A stretch of DNA of 64,000 bases from Chrysomallon squamiferum (Eukaryota; Animalia; Mollusca). A program made the position numbers and the translations under genes. The notes under the pieces are model-generated. The model saw only the letters and a list, made by a program, of their open reading frames with translations, had not been told where the DNA came from and ran no database searches. Below are positions 1 through 12,800 of the stretch, one piece after another (the first letter of the stretch is position 1; each line of letters begins with the position of its first letter). Location: NCBI GenBank assembly GCA_012295275.1, contig CM022671.1:10416001-10480000 (forward strand). Reading direction: 5' to 3'.

Positions 1-361
1 CATTTGAAACAACTTCATTTTTGTGAATCATTCACTGTTTCTGGCAATAACTATCATTGTTTTCAACAGTTGTTATCTTAAACATTTATTCAGATATTTT
101 CAGTTATATCATTTAGACATTTCTGAAATATGATAATGTGAACTAAATAAAGAAAAGAAAACTGTATCATTAATTTTAGTATAATAGCCTCATAATTAAG
201 TTTATCTTTCAGGAGTTTAGAGCTTTAGAGAATATATTAAACTGAATGAGCTGTAGCATATTATTGTATTTGTTGTAATAATTTTTATTTTTATTAAACA
301 AAATGCGTGTATAGAAATAGAAAATTAAAAGTTATAAAAATATGTAATATATATATATATA

Positions 362-2842
362 CCGTATATACCTGTGTATAAGTCGAATTTTTGGGAGACT
401 ATATTAAGGTCATATTTTGGGGGTCAACTTATACATAGGTAATGCTTTTGCAGCTGTTGCTGAAGAGTCACCATTTTGACTATTTCCTGCTATGGGATGC
501 ATCTAAAATAATCGCTGTCTTTCAGCTTTTCAAAAATATAATTTTATCGTATAAAAAATTTTGAAAAATTAAATAACAAAAGCAAATATGAATGTAAAAC
601 ATGATATTCTTCCGTTTAATGACATAAAAATACATTTTAAAGCCGTCAGTACGGCGTTATGCCTTACGGTGTCTTGCAATGATCTAGGAATGCAGACTCT
701 CTGCCAAATTGCACTAAATATCGGTCCTAATTTCATAAACAAAACTCACTTGTGTATTTGTAAAGAATTTGGCGAAAGAGTATTGCAATCATCATTAATA
801 TCCACTACCGACAAATCGAAAACAAACTAAATTTCTATAAAAGTTCTGCAACAAAAATCAGTTCAACTTCTCGCCATATTTGTTATTCTAGTCGGTTGCC
901 AAGTGCGCAAAGCCTCGGCCAATTAGTGCGCTAGGAACAGGATCGTGGGCGTGTCTTGAAAAAAATATTGCTGAGGTTCCGAAATTATCTTACTTTGAAT
1001 TGCACGTTCATGTAAAATACCGGTAATAAATAATAAAGCAACACATCTTTTGGAATTTATCTACAAAATTTAATTAAATACTGAATTACGTCTAATACCT
1101 GGAAATCCACACGTACCTTTAAATAGACCTTGATCTATATATCCCGGTAATTATGAAACATTGCAACAAAACAAACATTTTAATTCCAAAACATCCAACA
1201 TTTACCGGGTAATACTATAATCTAGTGTAACAAAAAGCTTATTCAAAGCCTTCAAAGTCATTTTTCGCCATCACTATTGCTTGCCCCAAAAAGTTCGTTC
1301 CACTCTTCAATACCACCAGTGTTAATTGCATCATCATAAAGATCATCGTCACTGTCAAGTGGGTCATCATTCCCAGAATCCTCTCCTGTGGGACTATTTT
1401 CTTGAACGGAATCAGCAAGGGCATTGGGTTCGCGCCATAAAGAGTCATCCTGCGTCCCATCTAGTGCATTTGAAATTCCACACTTCAGAAAGGCCTTAGC
1501 AATTATAGCCGGGTCCAACTGCTGCCAGGCGTCACGTACCCACTCACACACTGTAACTAGTGATGGTGCTCTCATATTGCCCCCTTTTGTGAATGTCTTG
1601 TCCCCATTTAGCATCCACTGATTCCAAAAATGCCGAACAGTGTCTTTAAACGGCTTATTTATTGAGACATCCAAAGGTTGTGAAATGCTTGTCAGGCCCC
1701 CAGGGATGACTGCCAAATCTGTATTTTCTCGTCTTACAGCTTCTTTTACAGAATCTACCAGGTGTGCTTTGAACATGTCCCATGCTAACAAAGACTTTTC
1801 TTTTCGTAATCCACCTGAACGATTGCTCGACACTTGGTTAACCCAGAGCTTGCATCCGGCCGCATCCAACCACCCTTTTGGATGTACGTGTATTAATACG
1901 CCCTTTGGAAATTTTTCTTTTGGCATAGTTTTGCGCTTGAAAACTACCATAGGTTTTAACTTTGTTCCGTCTGCCATACAGCCTAAAATAACGGTGAATT
2001 TTGACTTTTCATGGCAAGTCGTTTTCACTAGCACGGTTTTTTCTCCGATCTTGTTAACAGTTCTATTCGATGGCATGTCAAACGTCATTGGCATTTCATC
2101 CATGTTGCCAATACATGTCAAAGCATACTTGTTTTTCTCTCTATGACGGATAACAAATCTGTGAAAACTTGTTATTTTATCATCAAGCTCTCTGGGTAAG
2201 CGCTGGGCGATTTTGGTTTTTTGTCTTAAGACTAAATGATGCCTTTTCATGAACAGTGTGCACCAACCAGGACTGGCTTTAAAATCCGTAATTCCTGCTT
2301 TCTTAGCTAACTTAATTGCTTGTAAACGGATAGCACCCCTTGTAACTATACAGCCGTTTTGTCTACTTGCTTGAACCGACTCAAAAAGTGTCTTTTCTAT
2401 TTCTGGATGTTTTGACATTTTGCCTCTGTCAGCACACTTCACTTTTGGCATTTCAAGTAATTTAGTACTCATTTCTCTCCAGTCCCTAACAAGTTTTTCA
2501 CTGACTCCATACTCCCGTCCAGCAGCAGAATTGTTAGAATTTTCAGCAAATCTAATTACTGCAAGCTTAAATTGTGCAGTATATTTATTTCATTTGCCTG
2601 GCATCATATACAATATTTTAGGGCTATGGCCATAACATTTTGTAAGTCATAGCTCGTGCAAGTTATGTTACAGTAGGCGTACAATGTAGGCCTTCGTGGC
2701 ACTGTCACACTGGTCTAAAAACAGTGACGGTGCCTGGAATCTACAGTCGACTTATACACAAGGAATACCTAAAATGACGCAATTTTTGGTCTTAAAATAC
2801 ACATCAACTTATACATAAGGTCGCCTTGTACACAAGTATATA

Positions 2843-2845
<3 letters not shown>
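362..2845 (-). mobile_element. Full-length pogo-superfamily (Passer/POGK-like, DD35D) DNA transposon
   Basis: Imperfect ~25-bp TIRs: CCGTATATACCTGTGTATAAGTCGA (362-386) and TCGCCTTGTACACAAGTATATACGA (2821-2845). Both ends are flanked by TA/(TA)n. Subterminal TCRACTTATACA copies lie near 424, 2747 and 2804. Contains the transposase ORF. Confidence 0.93.
1258..2607 (-). pseudogene. pogo transposase (Brinker-type DBD, CENP-B HTH, DDE_1). Early nonsense codon; a 404-aa ORF (1258-2472) stays open downstream
   Basis: Motifs FKASPGW, GNMDE, AWDMF and IPGGLTSISQPLDVSINKPFK; 35 residues between the 2nd and 3rd catalytic D. In-frame ATG at 2605-2607 is followed by TGA at 2590-2592, where the other copy has CGA. 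Confidence 0.9.
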
Positions 2846-2884
<39 letters not shown>

Positions 2885-3529
2885 CTGACTGAAATATTAA
2901 AATCTAAAATGTTACAATCATAAATAATAATAATATTAACAACAACAAGATCATAATAGAGATAACTGAGTATAGTACAAATTTCAGACTATTTTAACTG
3001 GTATTTCTCTTTAATCTAAAGGTTTGCTGAAATTGTTACACTAATTTGATTGTTCAAGTGAGATTAAACATTACTTCAGACCAGTGCAGTGCTGATATTA
3101 ATCTACGAATCATGCATTGGTTGTTATGCTTAGCCTTCAAAACTGACTAAAAGCGAAAAAAATAAATATGAATATGGCTATTGGTAAAGTAAATAAATTA
3201 TAAAAATTAAAAAAATTCAGCCACTGTCATTAAGATTTAAAATGAACCCAGTATGAAGGAAACATTTATTCAAAGCAGGCCGAGTCAATTTTGCAACATA
3301 AATAAAAAATCAATTAGCATTGCTTTGAAACTATAGCTATATTTATATATAGTTCAAGAAACTACTGAAAATAACACATTAAGTTTGTATTATTATGATT
3401 ACTATTTATTAAACTTATACTAAGACATTGTATTATTATTTTCTTGATTTACTAATTAAAAATATTTCAGAATTCATCTTTAAAGTGTTGTCAAATTATA
3501 TGAATGTCATCTAAATATCTGAGATATAA

Positions 3530-4860
3530 AAATGGCTTCTTGGTTGCTTTGTTTAATACCATTTCTTCCCATTCTGTGATATAGATAGAGGCAAAATGTG
3601 GGCTAAATGTCTACCCATTGTGCAGACACAAATGTGCTATTAAATTTCTCCATTAACTTCAAAGATGTTAACTCTTAAGCTTAATTCAGTTAATTCAATA
3701 ATGGTTTTGGTTGGTCTGTATTTGGGTATTTTTCAAAAGCTGTCTCAACAGATTCTATACCCACATCGATGTTCGTTTTTTTTATCTGCCTAAACAGTAT
3801 TTGTTTTAGGCATAATTTCTAACTTGCCAAAAGTTTATCTGAAATGTTTATTCCTCTAAAAAAATATTTAACTTTTTGAGAATTTTTTATGGATAGAGCT
3901 TATCATATTTCTTAACTGGTTCGTGCTAGTTGAGGAATGTTGTTGGTTATTGCAGTTTATAACTATATTTAGAATTATTTTCTTGCTATTATTACTTTTA
4001 TGATTAATGGCCATTGTCTTAAAGTGATCGGTACCAGCATTCTGGATAGCATTCTACTTGGATCTGTTTATGTACGTCTTCATTAGTCCGTGTTGAATTC
4101 GAGGAGCCAAAAATTAAGGTATTCTAACAATTTCAGGCATTGTGGTTTATCAGATAGTGCATGTTGGTGTTTATAAAATTTAGAAGGCCTAAATGTGGGA
4201 GATTTTAAAACAGCAAATGATTTAGGTGGTTGATTAACTTTAGGAGTGATGCATGGAGCATGAGTTTTAGAAACTGGCAGGTTAGCCTTTAAATTTGGAT
4301 ATTTACACAGAGTAATAATTGATGGTGATGAAAGACCCCATTTTGGTCTACCTGCATAGATAGTACCAGTTTTGGGGCTGTGATTATTCACCCTGTTTTG
4401 GGATTCCTTTGGGCTAACCCAGAAACTAAATTTAAAAATTCGAATATTGCACATTTAAATAGTTTAGTTTTATAATTTGTTCTACTCCAATTGACTGCAT
4501 TGTATTTAGTCATATCTAAATCTATAAGCATATATAAAAGCACAGATTTTTTATGGAATTTACATAATAGTTAATCCGTAAGTTTAGCATCTGACATGTG
4601 TTCTTTTTGGTTGTTACGGTTTAAATCAAATGTTAAAGCTGCTTTTATAAAATAATTTATTTTACTTTCTTTTGGAGGGCTGTAAGGAGAGTGGAATTGG
4701 CCAGATTCTCTTCAAGGAATTTAATGTGATGTATGCACTGCAGAATGTCATATTTGAGTTTGACTGAACTTGGTAGTGGATTAGTTTTATTTGTAAAGTT
4801 TTTGATTTTTTTTGTTTTTAGCAGTATTTTGTTTTGCCATGTAGATGGGCATGTCATAAT
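3530..4860 (-). mobile_element. Heavily decayed non-LTR retrotransposon ORF2 fragment (I/Nimb-like RT C-terminus plus RNase H)
   Basis: Fragmentary motifs in the expected order across frameshifts: KFSQTQ..FCS, FWVSPKES (cf. FRTSPxES), APCITPKV, YINRSK (cf. YTDGSK). Recognised from family knowledge, not searched. Confidence 0.4.
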
Positions 4861-4919
4861 TTTATAGAATAATCCCTCAAAAACAAACTAGGGAAACTTT
4901 TAAATTTAGAAGAGTGGCT

Positions 4920-5077
4920 ATGATTTATTACAATAATTGATGAAATAACTACCTAAACACTGATTCAAGTTTAAAAGAGACAACAAATATTATGTAACAT
5001 GATTTATTACAATAATTGATGAAATAACTACCTGAACACTGATACAAGTTTAAAAAAGACAACAAATATTATGTAAC
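4920..5077. repeat. Tandem duplication, 2 x 79 bp (mirrored at ~59620-59777)
   Basis: ATGATTTATTACAATAATTGATG...TATGTAAC starts at 4920 and 4999. Confidence 0.9.
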
Positions 5078-5268
5078 AAATCACTTTGACTTTTGGAGAC
5101 ATTTTTAAAAAGTATCACCCTAAACCTTTCTTTGAAAATAGCTATTGTCACTTATCAGGTGTTGCCTATCCAGCATCTTCAGAAACTGCTGGCATTTGCA
5201 TCTGTCTCCTTGAACTGAGACATTTTTCAGCATATCAGAGATAATTCTGAATGTTGTCTTTTATTTCC

Positions 5269-5269
<1 letters not shown>

Positions 5270-5339
<70 letters not shown>

Positions 5340-5348
5340 TTATTATTA
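5270..5348. repeat. (TTA)n microsatellite (mirror at ~59370-59427; other tracts at 43330-43420 and 50302-50340)
   Basis: Direct reading. Confidence 0.95.
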
Positions 5349-6029
5349 TCATACCATATTGATACTAAGTTGAAGGTAAATAATAATAATAATAATAATA
5401 AAGAAAATGAAATACATTTTTCTTATTTAGAAAAAAACATTTAAAATTAATAAATTATTCTTATTGACATCAACTGTTGCATTAATTTGAAAATTCTGTA
5501 TGATAAGAAAGTGAGAAACGAATATTATATATTTATTTCTTGTGAATATTTATAAGGAAATTGCAATTTATAAGATGATATTAAAGAAGAAAAAGCCAGG
5601 TATTTTATTTCAATTTTTTTTCTCGTTTAACTTCAGCTGACATTACAAGCTGATCTGTTTGACCAGTCAGCTTGTTTCTGTTCACCCCACAGAGCTGTCA
5701 TACTGACTGGACATCTTCAGTCTGCACTCTAAAATGTTATTGTTAAGTGTCATGCTTCAGTAAGCACTGGCTGGCAAAGTGAGTTGTTCTGTCACCAGGT
5801 GACAATGTTACAATTTAATACCACTGTGTGAGTTCTAAACACCATTATTTGGTTTTGACACTGTTGAAGTAAGTGAAAGAAAATTCAACAGAAAACAACA
5901 ATTGACTTTCTTTTGGATCTTTTGTTGCTGTTCATAATCTTAAGTTTGAAAAGTAAGTTAGTAGATGATACATACTTGAATAGAATCGATTTACCTTCCA
6001 AATAAATTTATTTTTCTGATGTTGACCAA

Positions 6030-6345
6030 GGTATTAGGCAAGCAGTTTAATTGTCCAATTCAATAGCCCAGTCATGACATCACAAGGCCATATACCAGTG
6101 TTTTTGTGGCATCACTGATCAGATACTGCCTGATGATTCTATAGATCTTCTATAGCTGAGAGTGACATTTTGCATTCACTTTGTGGTGCATAGTCAAAGC
6201 AGAATCAAACAATAACAAGATTTCTCACACATGGTACAAAAGATTTGGACAAATCATCCACAGTAAATCATATGGAATCATCATCCTTTGAGTTATGTTT
6301 AGAAGTGAAATCACCACTCTGGTCTTGTCAGCTTTCTTAGAATAC
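6030..6345 (-). mobile_element. L2-clade LINE reverse transcriptase C-terminal remnant
   Basis: Translation ADKTRVVI...VRNL/LFDSALTMHHKVNAKCHSQL*KIYRIIRQYLISDATKTLVYGLVMS*LGY*IGQLNCLP follows the L2 pattern VRNLGVxFDSxL...IRxYLTxDATKTLVxALVxSRLDYCNxLLxGLP. Confidence 0.8.
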
Positions 6346-7044
6346 TGTATAGCTTTAGGACCTGTAAAAAGCTTTACTTTGATACACATATGTGATGACC
6401 ATGTTGTCACGGGGCTCACACCTTTATAAACACACTGTATGTTTTATTAAGGTTCAGTCTAGGGTAACAAGGTGCTTTAATGGTCACCTAACAAGGAATA
6501 TAAATGCTAAATTGACAGCAATCTATATAAATCAATAAGTCTATCCATCCACTGGAGAAATATACACAACACCTCAGTTAAGGTTCAAGTTAATTATTTA
6601 ATTATGATATTTTCTGCTCCTTGAGAAAGGTCATATGAGTAAGGTCATACGAAGAAACAAGACAAAATAAGAATCTCTATGGAAGACAGATTAAAACCTT
6701 AAAATTTTAGGTATAACAAATGTTTTTGACACAGTTTAATTGCACATTACACCCAATCAAAATAAAAACAGAAAATTGCTTACCATACTCTTCCATAAAG
6801 ACAATGTCACACAAAAACATTTGGTTTCCCGCCTACCTGAATTCTCATGTTTACCTATGAGTTGAGTGACAATATATCGATAGATCAGTAATGTTAGAGC
6901 AAATGATAATTATGAAACAAGAGGTATTTGGAACCTTTTGTCATATTAATAACCAGATTTTAAATAACAACAATAAATACATTATGTAATAAAACCAGGT
7001 GTATTTTTATTTTTATTTTTGAAAAAATATATTAATATTTTCAG

Positions 7045-7144
7045 TAATCTGCAGCTAGAAAACTGAACTGTGAAAATGACACAAGATTTGAAGGAAGGTA
7101 AAACTGCCTCAGAAGGAAATCACAAAAGTTGACAATGAACTCAG
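7045..7144 (+). other. Candidate 100-bp non-coding exon (mirror at 57573-57672, minus strand)
   Basis: Acceptor TTTTCAG| and donor CAG|GTTAGT enclose a purine-rich segment with stops in all three frames. Both sites are retained in both arms. Confidence 0.4.
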
Positions 7145-9401
7145 GTTAGTGCCATTAGTATCAGATACTTTATTTTATTTTATTAGTTGTCTTTATGCTA
7201 CTGTAACCATATCGAAACCAAATGTGTGTAGATAATGTCTGAATTAAGATGTTTTGCTAGATTGTTATCAAGTCATCAGAAAATCTAAAAATACCACCTG
7301 AATTAGATATTGTTATCAAGAGTTCATGTGTAAATAATTCCCCACAAAACTATATGAATCCTATCTGCTGAAACAATCAATCTAAATCAGACATTGCCAC
7401 AAATTGTAAAATTTATACAAAACCTAGCAAATTGTTACAATCTAACAAAATAATGAGCTGTAGTTTATAGTTGATTTAACAAAATATGTAACAAATACTG
7501 AAAATCCAGTCTATAACTGAAATAAGAATCTGAACTGTTATCAGATATGTAGATAGAATGAAAAAACAAACTTCCAAAACATAACAATGAACAGCCTGAA
7601 TCAGATACATTGTAATCCAACATGTAGACAACAAAAACAATAATCAGATACAAAAAGGAAGCAAACAACAATAATAAGAAGAAGAAAAAAGTTAGCATTG
7701 CTTTAAAATTAGTCAGATTTTTATATAATTTAAGAAATTACTGAAAATAATAGATTAATAACTTGTATTTATAATAATACATAATTAAACTGATACTACG
7801 ACATTCTATCATAATCTGAAAATTAAGTTTATTTTTTTAACTACTGTATCATTATTATTATTATTGTTGTTGTTATAGCAGTTTAGTTTTTTCTCAAAAG
7901 GGCTGAAGAAATTATTGACTGATTTCATTGTTGAAGTAAGATTAAACATTTCTTGAAACTAATTCACTGTTGATATTAACCTGTACATCAAGTATTTGTT
8001 GTTAAGCTTAGTCTTCTAAACTGAACAAAAGAGAAAATAATAAATAATAAAACATATTATTAAAAATGAATAAATTATAAAAGTTTAGGTGCAGTAGGTA
8101 AGATTTAAATAAAACAAAACAAAAAAAAAAGAGTATGAAGGAAACAATCCATACATTCAAATCAAACAGTTAAATTTTCAACAAAAATATAAAAGTCAAT
8201 TAGAATTAATTTGAAACTATGGGTATATTTATAAATAATTGAAGAAACTTCTGAAAACAATAGTTTAAGTTGTATTACCATAATTACAATTTATCAAACT
8301 CATATTAAGACATTCTATTGTAATCTAAATAGGATAGTGTGAACTAAGTAATAAAAAAAATAATTCTGTAACATTAATTTTTGTTCAAAACCCTCATAAT
8401 TAAGTTTATTTTTCAGAAGTATAGTCCTTGAGAAATTATAATAAACTGAACTACTATATTTTCATTATTATTAATATTGTTGTTATTGTCGTAGCCATTT
8501 TGGTTTTATTCAAATGAAACAGTAGTACCTTCAGTTTTGAAAACGGTGTACAGAAATTGATAATTAAAAATTATAGAAGTATGAAAGATCTATATTTCTG
8601 ACTAAAATATTAAAATCTAAAATGTAACAAAAGTTAATATCACCAACATAACAGAGCTTATTTAGGATATAAGAAATTACAAATCATTTTAACTCATAGT
8701 TCTTTTTAATCAAAATAGCTGCTAAAATTATGGCACTGATTTCATTGTCAAACTAAGATTAAATATTTCTTCAGACTATTTCAATGTTGATATTAATCTG
8801 TGCATCAAGGGTTTGTTGTTAAGCTTAGTCTTCTAAACTGATTAAAATAGAAAATAATAAATAATAAATCATATTGTTAAAAATGAATAAATAATAAAAG
8901 TTTAACTGCAGTAGGTAAGATTTAAAAAATATATATATATATTATGATGGAAACAATCGACAAATGCAAATCAGATTGAGTAAAATTTTCAAATAAAATA
9001 TAAAAATCACTTAGCATTAATTTGATTGAGAGGGAATATTCATAGATAATTCAAGAAACTACTGAAAACAATGGTTAAAGCATGTATTATCATAAATACA
9101 ATTTATCTAACTGGTACTAAGTCATTCTATTGTAATCTCAATATCACAAAATGAACTAAGTAATAAAAAAAGGATTAAATATTTCTTCATTCTAATCAAG
9201 TGTCGATATTAATATATGCATCAAGGATTTGTTAAGCTTAGTTTTCTAAACTGACTAAAAGAGAAAATAATAAATAATAAAATATATATTATTAAAAATA
9301 AATAAATTATAAAAATTTAGTCAGTCATTAAGATTTAAAATAAAATAAATACAGCATGAAGGAAACAATGCAAAAATTCAAATCAGACTGAGTTACATTT
9401 T

Positions 9402-9457
<56 letters not shown>

Positions 9458-9567
9458 GCATTGCTTTGAAATTACTGTTCTATTTACATATAATTATATT
9501 TATTATGATTACAGGTTATCAGATCCTATGACATTCTATCATAATCTCAAAAACAACACCTAATTTT

Positions 9568-9823
9568 CACTACCAGAAAGGAGAAATGACAAGCAGGGAT
9601 ATTATAAATTTAAAAATATAAAATAATGACATCAGTAATATTGCACTGCCCGTGATATTATTGATATATTGGTAATGATCTCAAATTTCACAGACGTGTT
9701 AGAGATCAGCTGCTCAGTCTCTAACAGACTTGTCCATTAACTAAATCTGTTATAAATTCATTGATTTCATTTAGTTAATTTCTTCTTTTACCTGCTTTGT
9801 CAAATTTCCTTTTTCTTGGAGTG
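9568..9823 (+). mobile_element. 256-bp MITE-like fold-back cassette embedded in satellite A (copy 1 of 9)
   Basis: Ends CACTACCAGAAAGGAGAAATGACAAGCAGG and CCTGCTTTGTCAAATTTCCTTTTTCTTGGAGTG are imperfect inverted repeats. Internal hairpins at 9631-9665, 9697-9726 and 9736-9779. No clean target-site duplication. Confidence 0.6.
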
Positions 9824-12800
9824 AATATAACTTTTAAAAACAATGAATTAAAATAATAAATAAGAATCAAATTAAATTGCATTTAAAATGACTTTGCTTT
9901 TTGTGAATCATTCACTGTTTCTGCCAATAGCCGAGCATTGTTTCCAATTACTGTAATGTTACACATTTATTCAGACATTTCTGATTAAATCATTCACATT
10001 CTTAAAGTTTTGTTTAACTCATAGTTAACTAATCTTTTCAGATGTTTTGGAAATATAATGTAAACTAAGTAATAAAGAAAAAAACCATTCTGTAACATTA
10101 ATTTTTGTTTAAAAGCCTCAATTAATCTTGTTTTTCAGGAGTATACAGCTTAAGAAAATATAATCAAGTGAACTACTATATTTTTATTATTATTATTATT
10201 TAGCAATTCTTTTCTATAGTACATTAAATTTTGAAAATAGTGTAGAGAAATTGAAAATTGAAAATTACCGAAGTATGTAAGATTAAAATCTAAAAGGTAA
10301 CAACAAATTAATAGACCTTATTTCGGATATTAGAAATTAGAAACCATTTTAACTCATAGTTCTCTTTCATCAAAAGAACTGCTGAAATTATTGCACTGAT
10401 TTGATTGTTGAAGTAAGATTAAATATTTCATCAGACTATTTCAATGTTGATATTAATCTGTGTATCAAGGGTTTGTTGTTAAGCGTAGTCTTCTAAACTG
10501 ATTAAAATAGAATATAATAAATAATAAATCATATTTAAAATGAATAAATAAAAGTTTAACAGCAGTAGGTAAGATTTAGAAAAAAATATATAATGGTGGA
10601 AACAATCCACATATGCAAATCAGATTGAGTAAAATTTTCAACTTAAATATAAAAATCACTTAGCATTAATTTGAAACTAAGGGTATATTCATAGATAATT
10701 CAAGAAACTATTGAATACAATGGTTTAAGCATGTATTACCATAAGTACAATTTATCTAACTGGTACTAAGTCATTCTATTGTAATCTCAATATCACTATA
10801 TGAATTAAGTGATTAAAAAAGGATTAAATATTTCTTCAGTCTAATCAAGTGTCGATATTAATATATGCATCAAGGATTTGTTAAGCTTAGTTTTCTAAAC
10901 TGACTAAAAGAGAAAATGAAAGGTTAACTGCCGTAGGTAAGATTTAAAAGAAAAAATAGTATGAAGGACATAATCCATACATTCAAATCAGATTGAGTTA
11001 AATTTTCAACAAAAATATAAAAATCAGCAATAATTTGAAACTATTGGTATGTTTATAAATAATTCAAGAAACTACTGAAAACAATGGTTTAAGTATGTAT
11101 TACCATAATTACAATTTATCTCAATATCACAATGTGAAGTAAGTAATAAAAAACAAAATCTGTAACATTAATTTTTTTTTTTTAAACATTCTTAATTAAG
11201 TTTATTTCTCAGGAGTGCTTTAGAAATAATAAGCAGCTCAACTACTGTATTTTTATTATTATTAATATTGCTGTTATTGTTAGCCATTTTGGTTTTATTC
11301 AAATCAAACTGTAGTACTTTAAAGTTTGAAAACTGTACACAAATTGTCAACTAAAAATTCTACTAGTAAGTAAGGTAAATATTTCTGATAAGATATTAAA
11401 AGCTAAAATGTAAGAACAAATTAATAGACCTTATTTCGGATATTGGAAATTAGAAACCATTTTAACTCATAGTTCTCTTTCATCAAAAGAACTGGTGAAA
11501 TTAAAATTGCACTGATTTCATTGTTGAATTAAATTTTTTTTTTTCAGACTATTTCAATGTTGATATTAAAATTTGTTGTGTATCAAGGTTTTTGTTGTTA
11601 AGTAGTCTTCTAAACTGATTAAAATAGAAAATAATAAATAATAAATCATATTGTTAAAAATGAATAAATAATAAAAGTTTAACTGCAGTAGGTAAGATTT
11701 AAAAAAATATATATATTATGATGGAAACAATCCACAAATGCAAATCAGATTGAGTAAAATTTTCAAAAAAAAATATAAAATCACTTAGCATTAATTTGAA
11801 ACTAGGGTATATTCATAGATAATTCAAGAAACTACTGAAAACAATGGTTAAAGCATGTATTACCATAATTACAATTTATCTAACTGGTACTAAGTCATTC
11901 TATTGTAATCTCAATATCAAAAAAAAAATGAAGTAAAATAAAAAAGGATTAAAAAATTTAAAAATTTAGATATTAATATGAAATCAAGGATTTGTTAAGC
12001 TTAGTTTTCTAAACTGACTAATAGAAAATAAAAAATAAACTTAAAATATATTAAAAAAAAAAAAATTAGAAAATAATTTATTCAAATCAGATTAGTTAAA
12101 TTTTAAAAAAAATTTTAAATAATTTAAAACTAAAAATGTTTTAAAAAAAACTTGAAAACAAAATGATTATTACCATTTACAATTTAAATAAAATTGAAAA
12201 AAATAAAAAAAAAATTAAAAATTTTTTTTTTAAAATTCTTAATTAAGTTTATTAGACAAGAGTATAAGCTTTAGAAAAATTTGAAACTATGTATTTTTAT
12301 TATTAAAATGTGTTAAATTTTGGTTTTATTCAAATCAAAAAGTTTTTACAAATTGTCAAAAATTATCTTTAAATTAAAATAAATTTTAAAAATAAAAATT
12401 AGAAAATAAAAAAAAAGTTAAATTTCATCAAAAGAACTGCTGAAAATTGCATTGAATTGTTGATATAAGATTAAATATTTTTTCATCAGACTATTTAAAT
12501 GTTAAATATTAATCTGTGTATCAAGGGTTTGTTGTTTTAAAGTCTTCTAAATAAATTAAAATAAAAATAATAAAAAAAAATCATAAAAAAATGAATAAAT
12601 AAAAGTTTAACAGTAAGTAAATTTAAAAAAAAATATATAATGATGGAAAATCCACAAAAAATGCAAATCAATTAAAATTTTCAAAAATATAAAAATCACT
12701 TAGCATTAATTTGAAACTAAGGGTATATTCATAGATAATTCAAGAAACTATTGAATACAATGGTTTAAGCATGTATTACCATAAATACAATTTATCTAAC

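Larger units (their letters stand above)
33..8900 (+). repeat. Left arm of a large inverted duplication
   Basis: Positions 33-72 are the exact reverse complement of 63961-64000. Collinear inverted match runs through the transposon, LINE remnants, 79-bp duplication, (TTA)n and the exon-like segment. Confidence 0.93.

Noticed and set aside
1239-2635. Small ORFs overlapping the transposase (1239-1460, 1424-1621, 1640-2146, 2420-2635) and their mirrors at 61.8-63.2 kb
   Set aside because: Antisense or alternate-frame shadows of the transposase with no independent features.
6070-6170. C/D-box snoRNA-like arrangement (CTGA, TGATGA, CTGA)
   Set aside because: No proper C box or terminal stem; the region is explained as the antisense strand of the L2 RT remnant.
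9639-9660. TATTGCACTGCCCG resembling the miR-92 family
   Set aside because: The would-be mature sequence spans the loop of a short hairpin, which does not fit pre-miRNA geometry.
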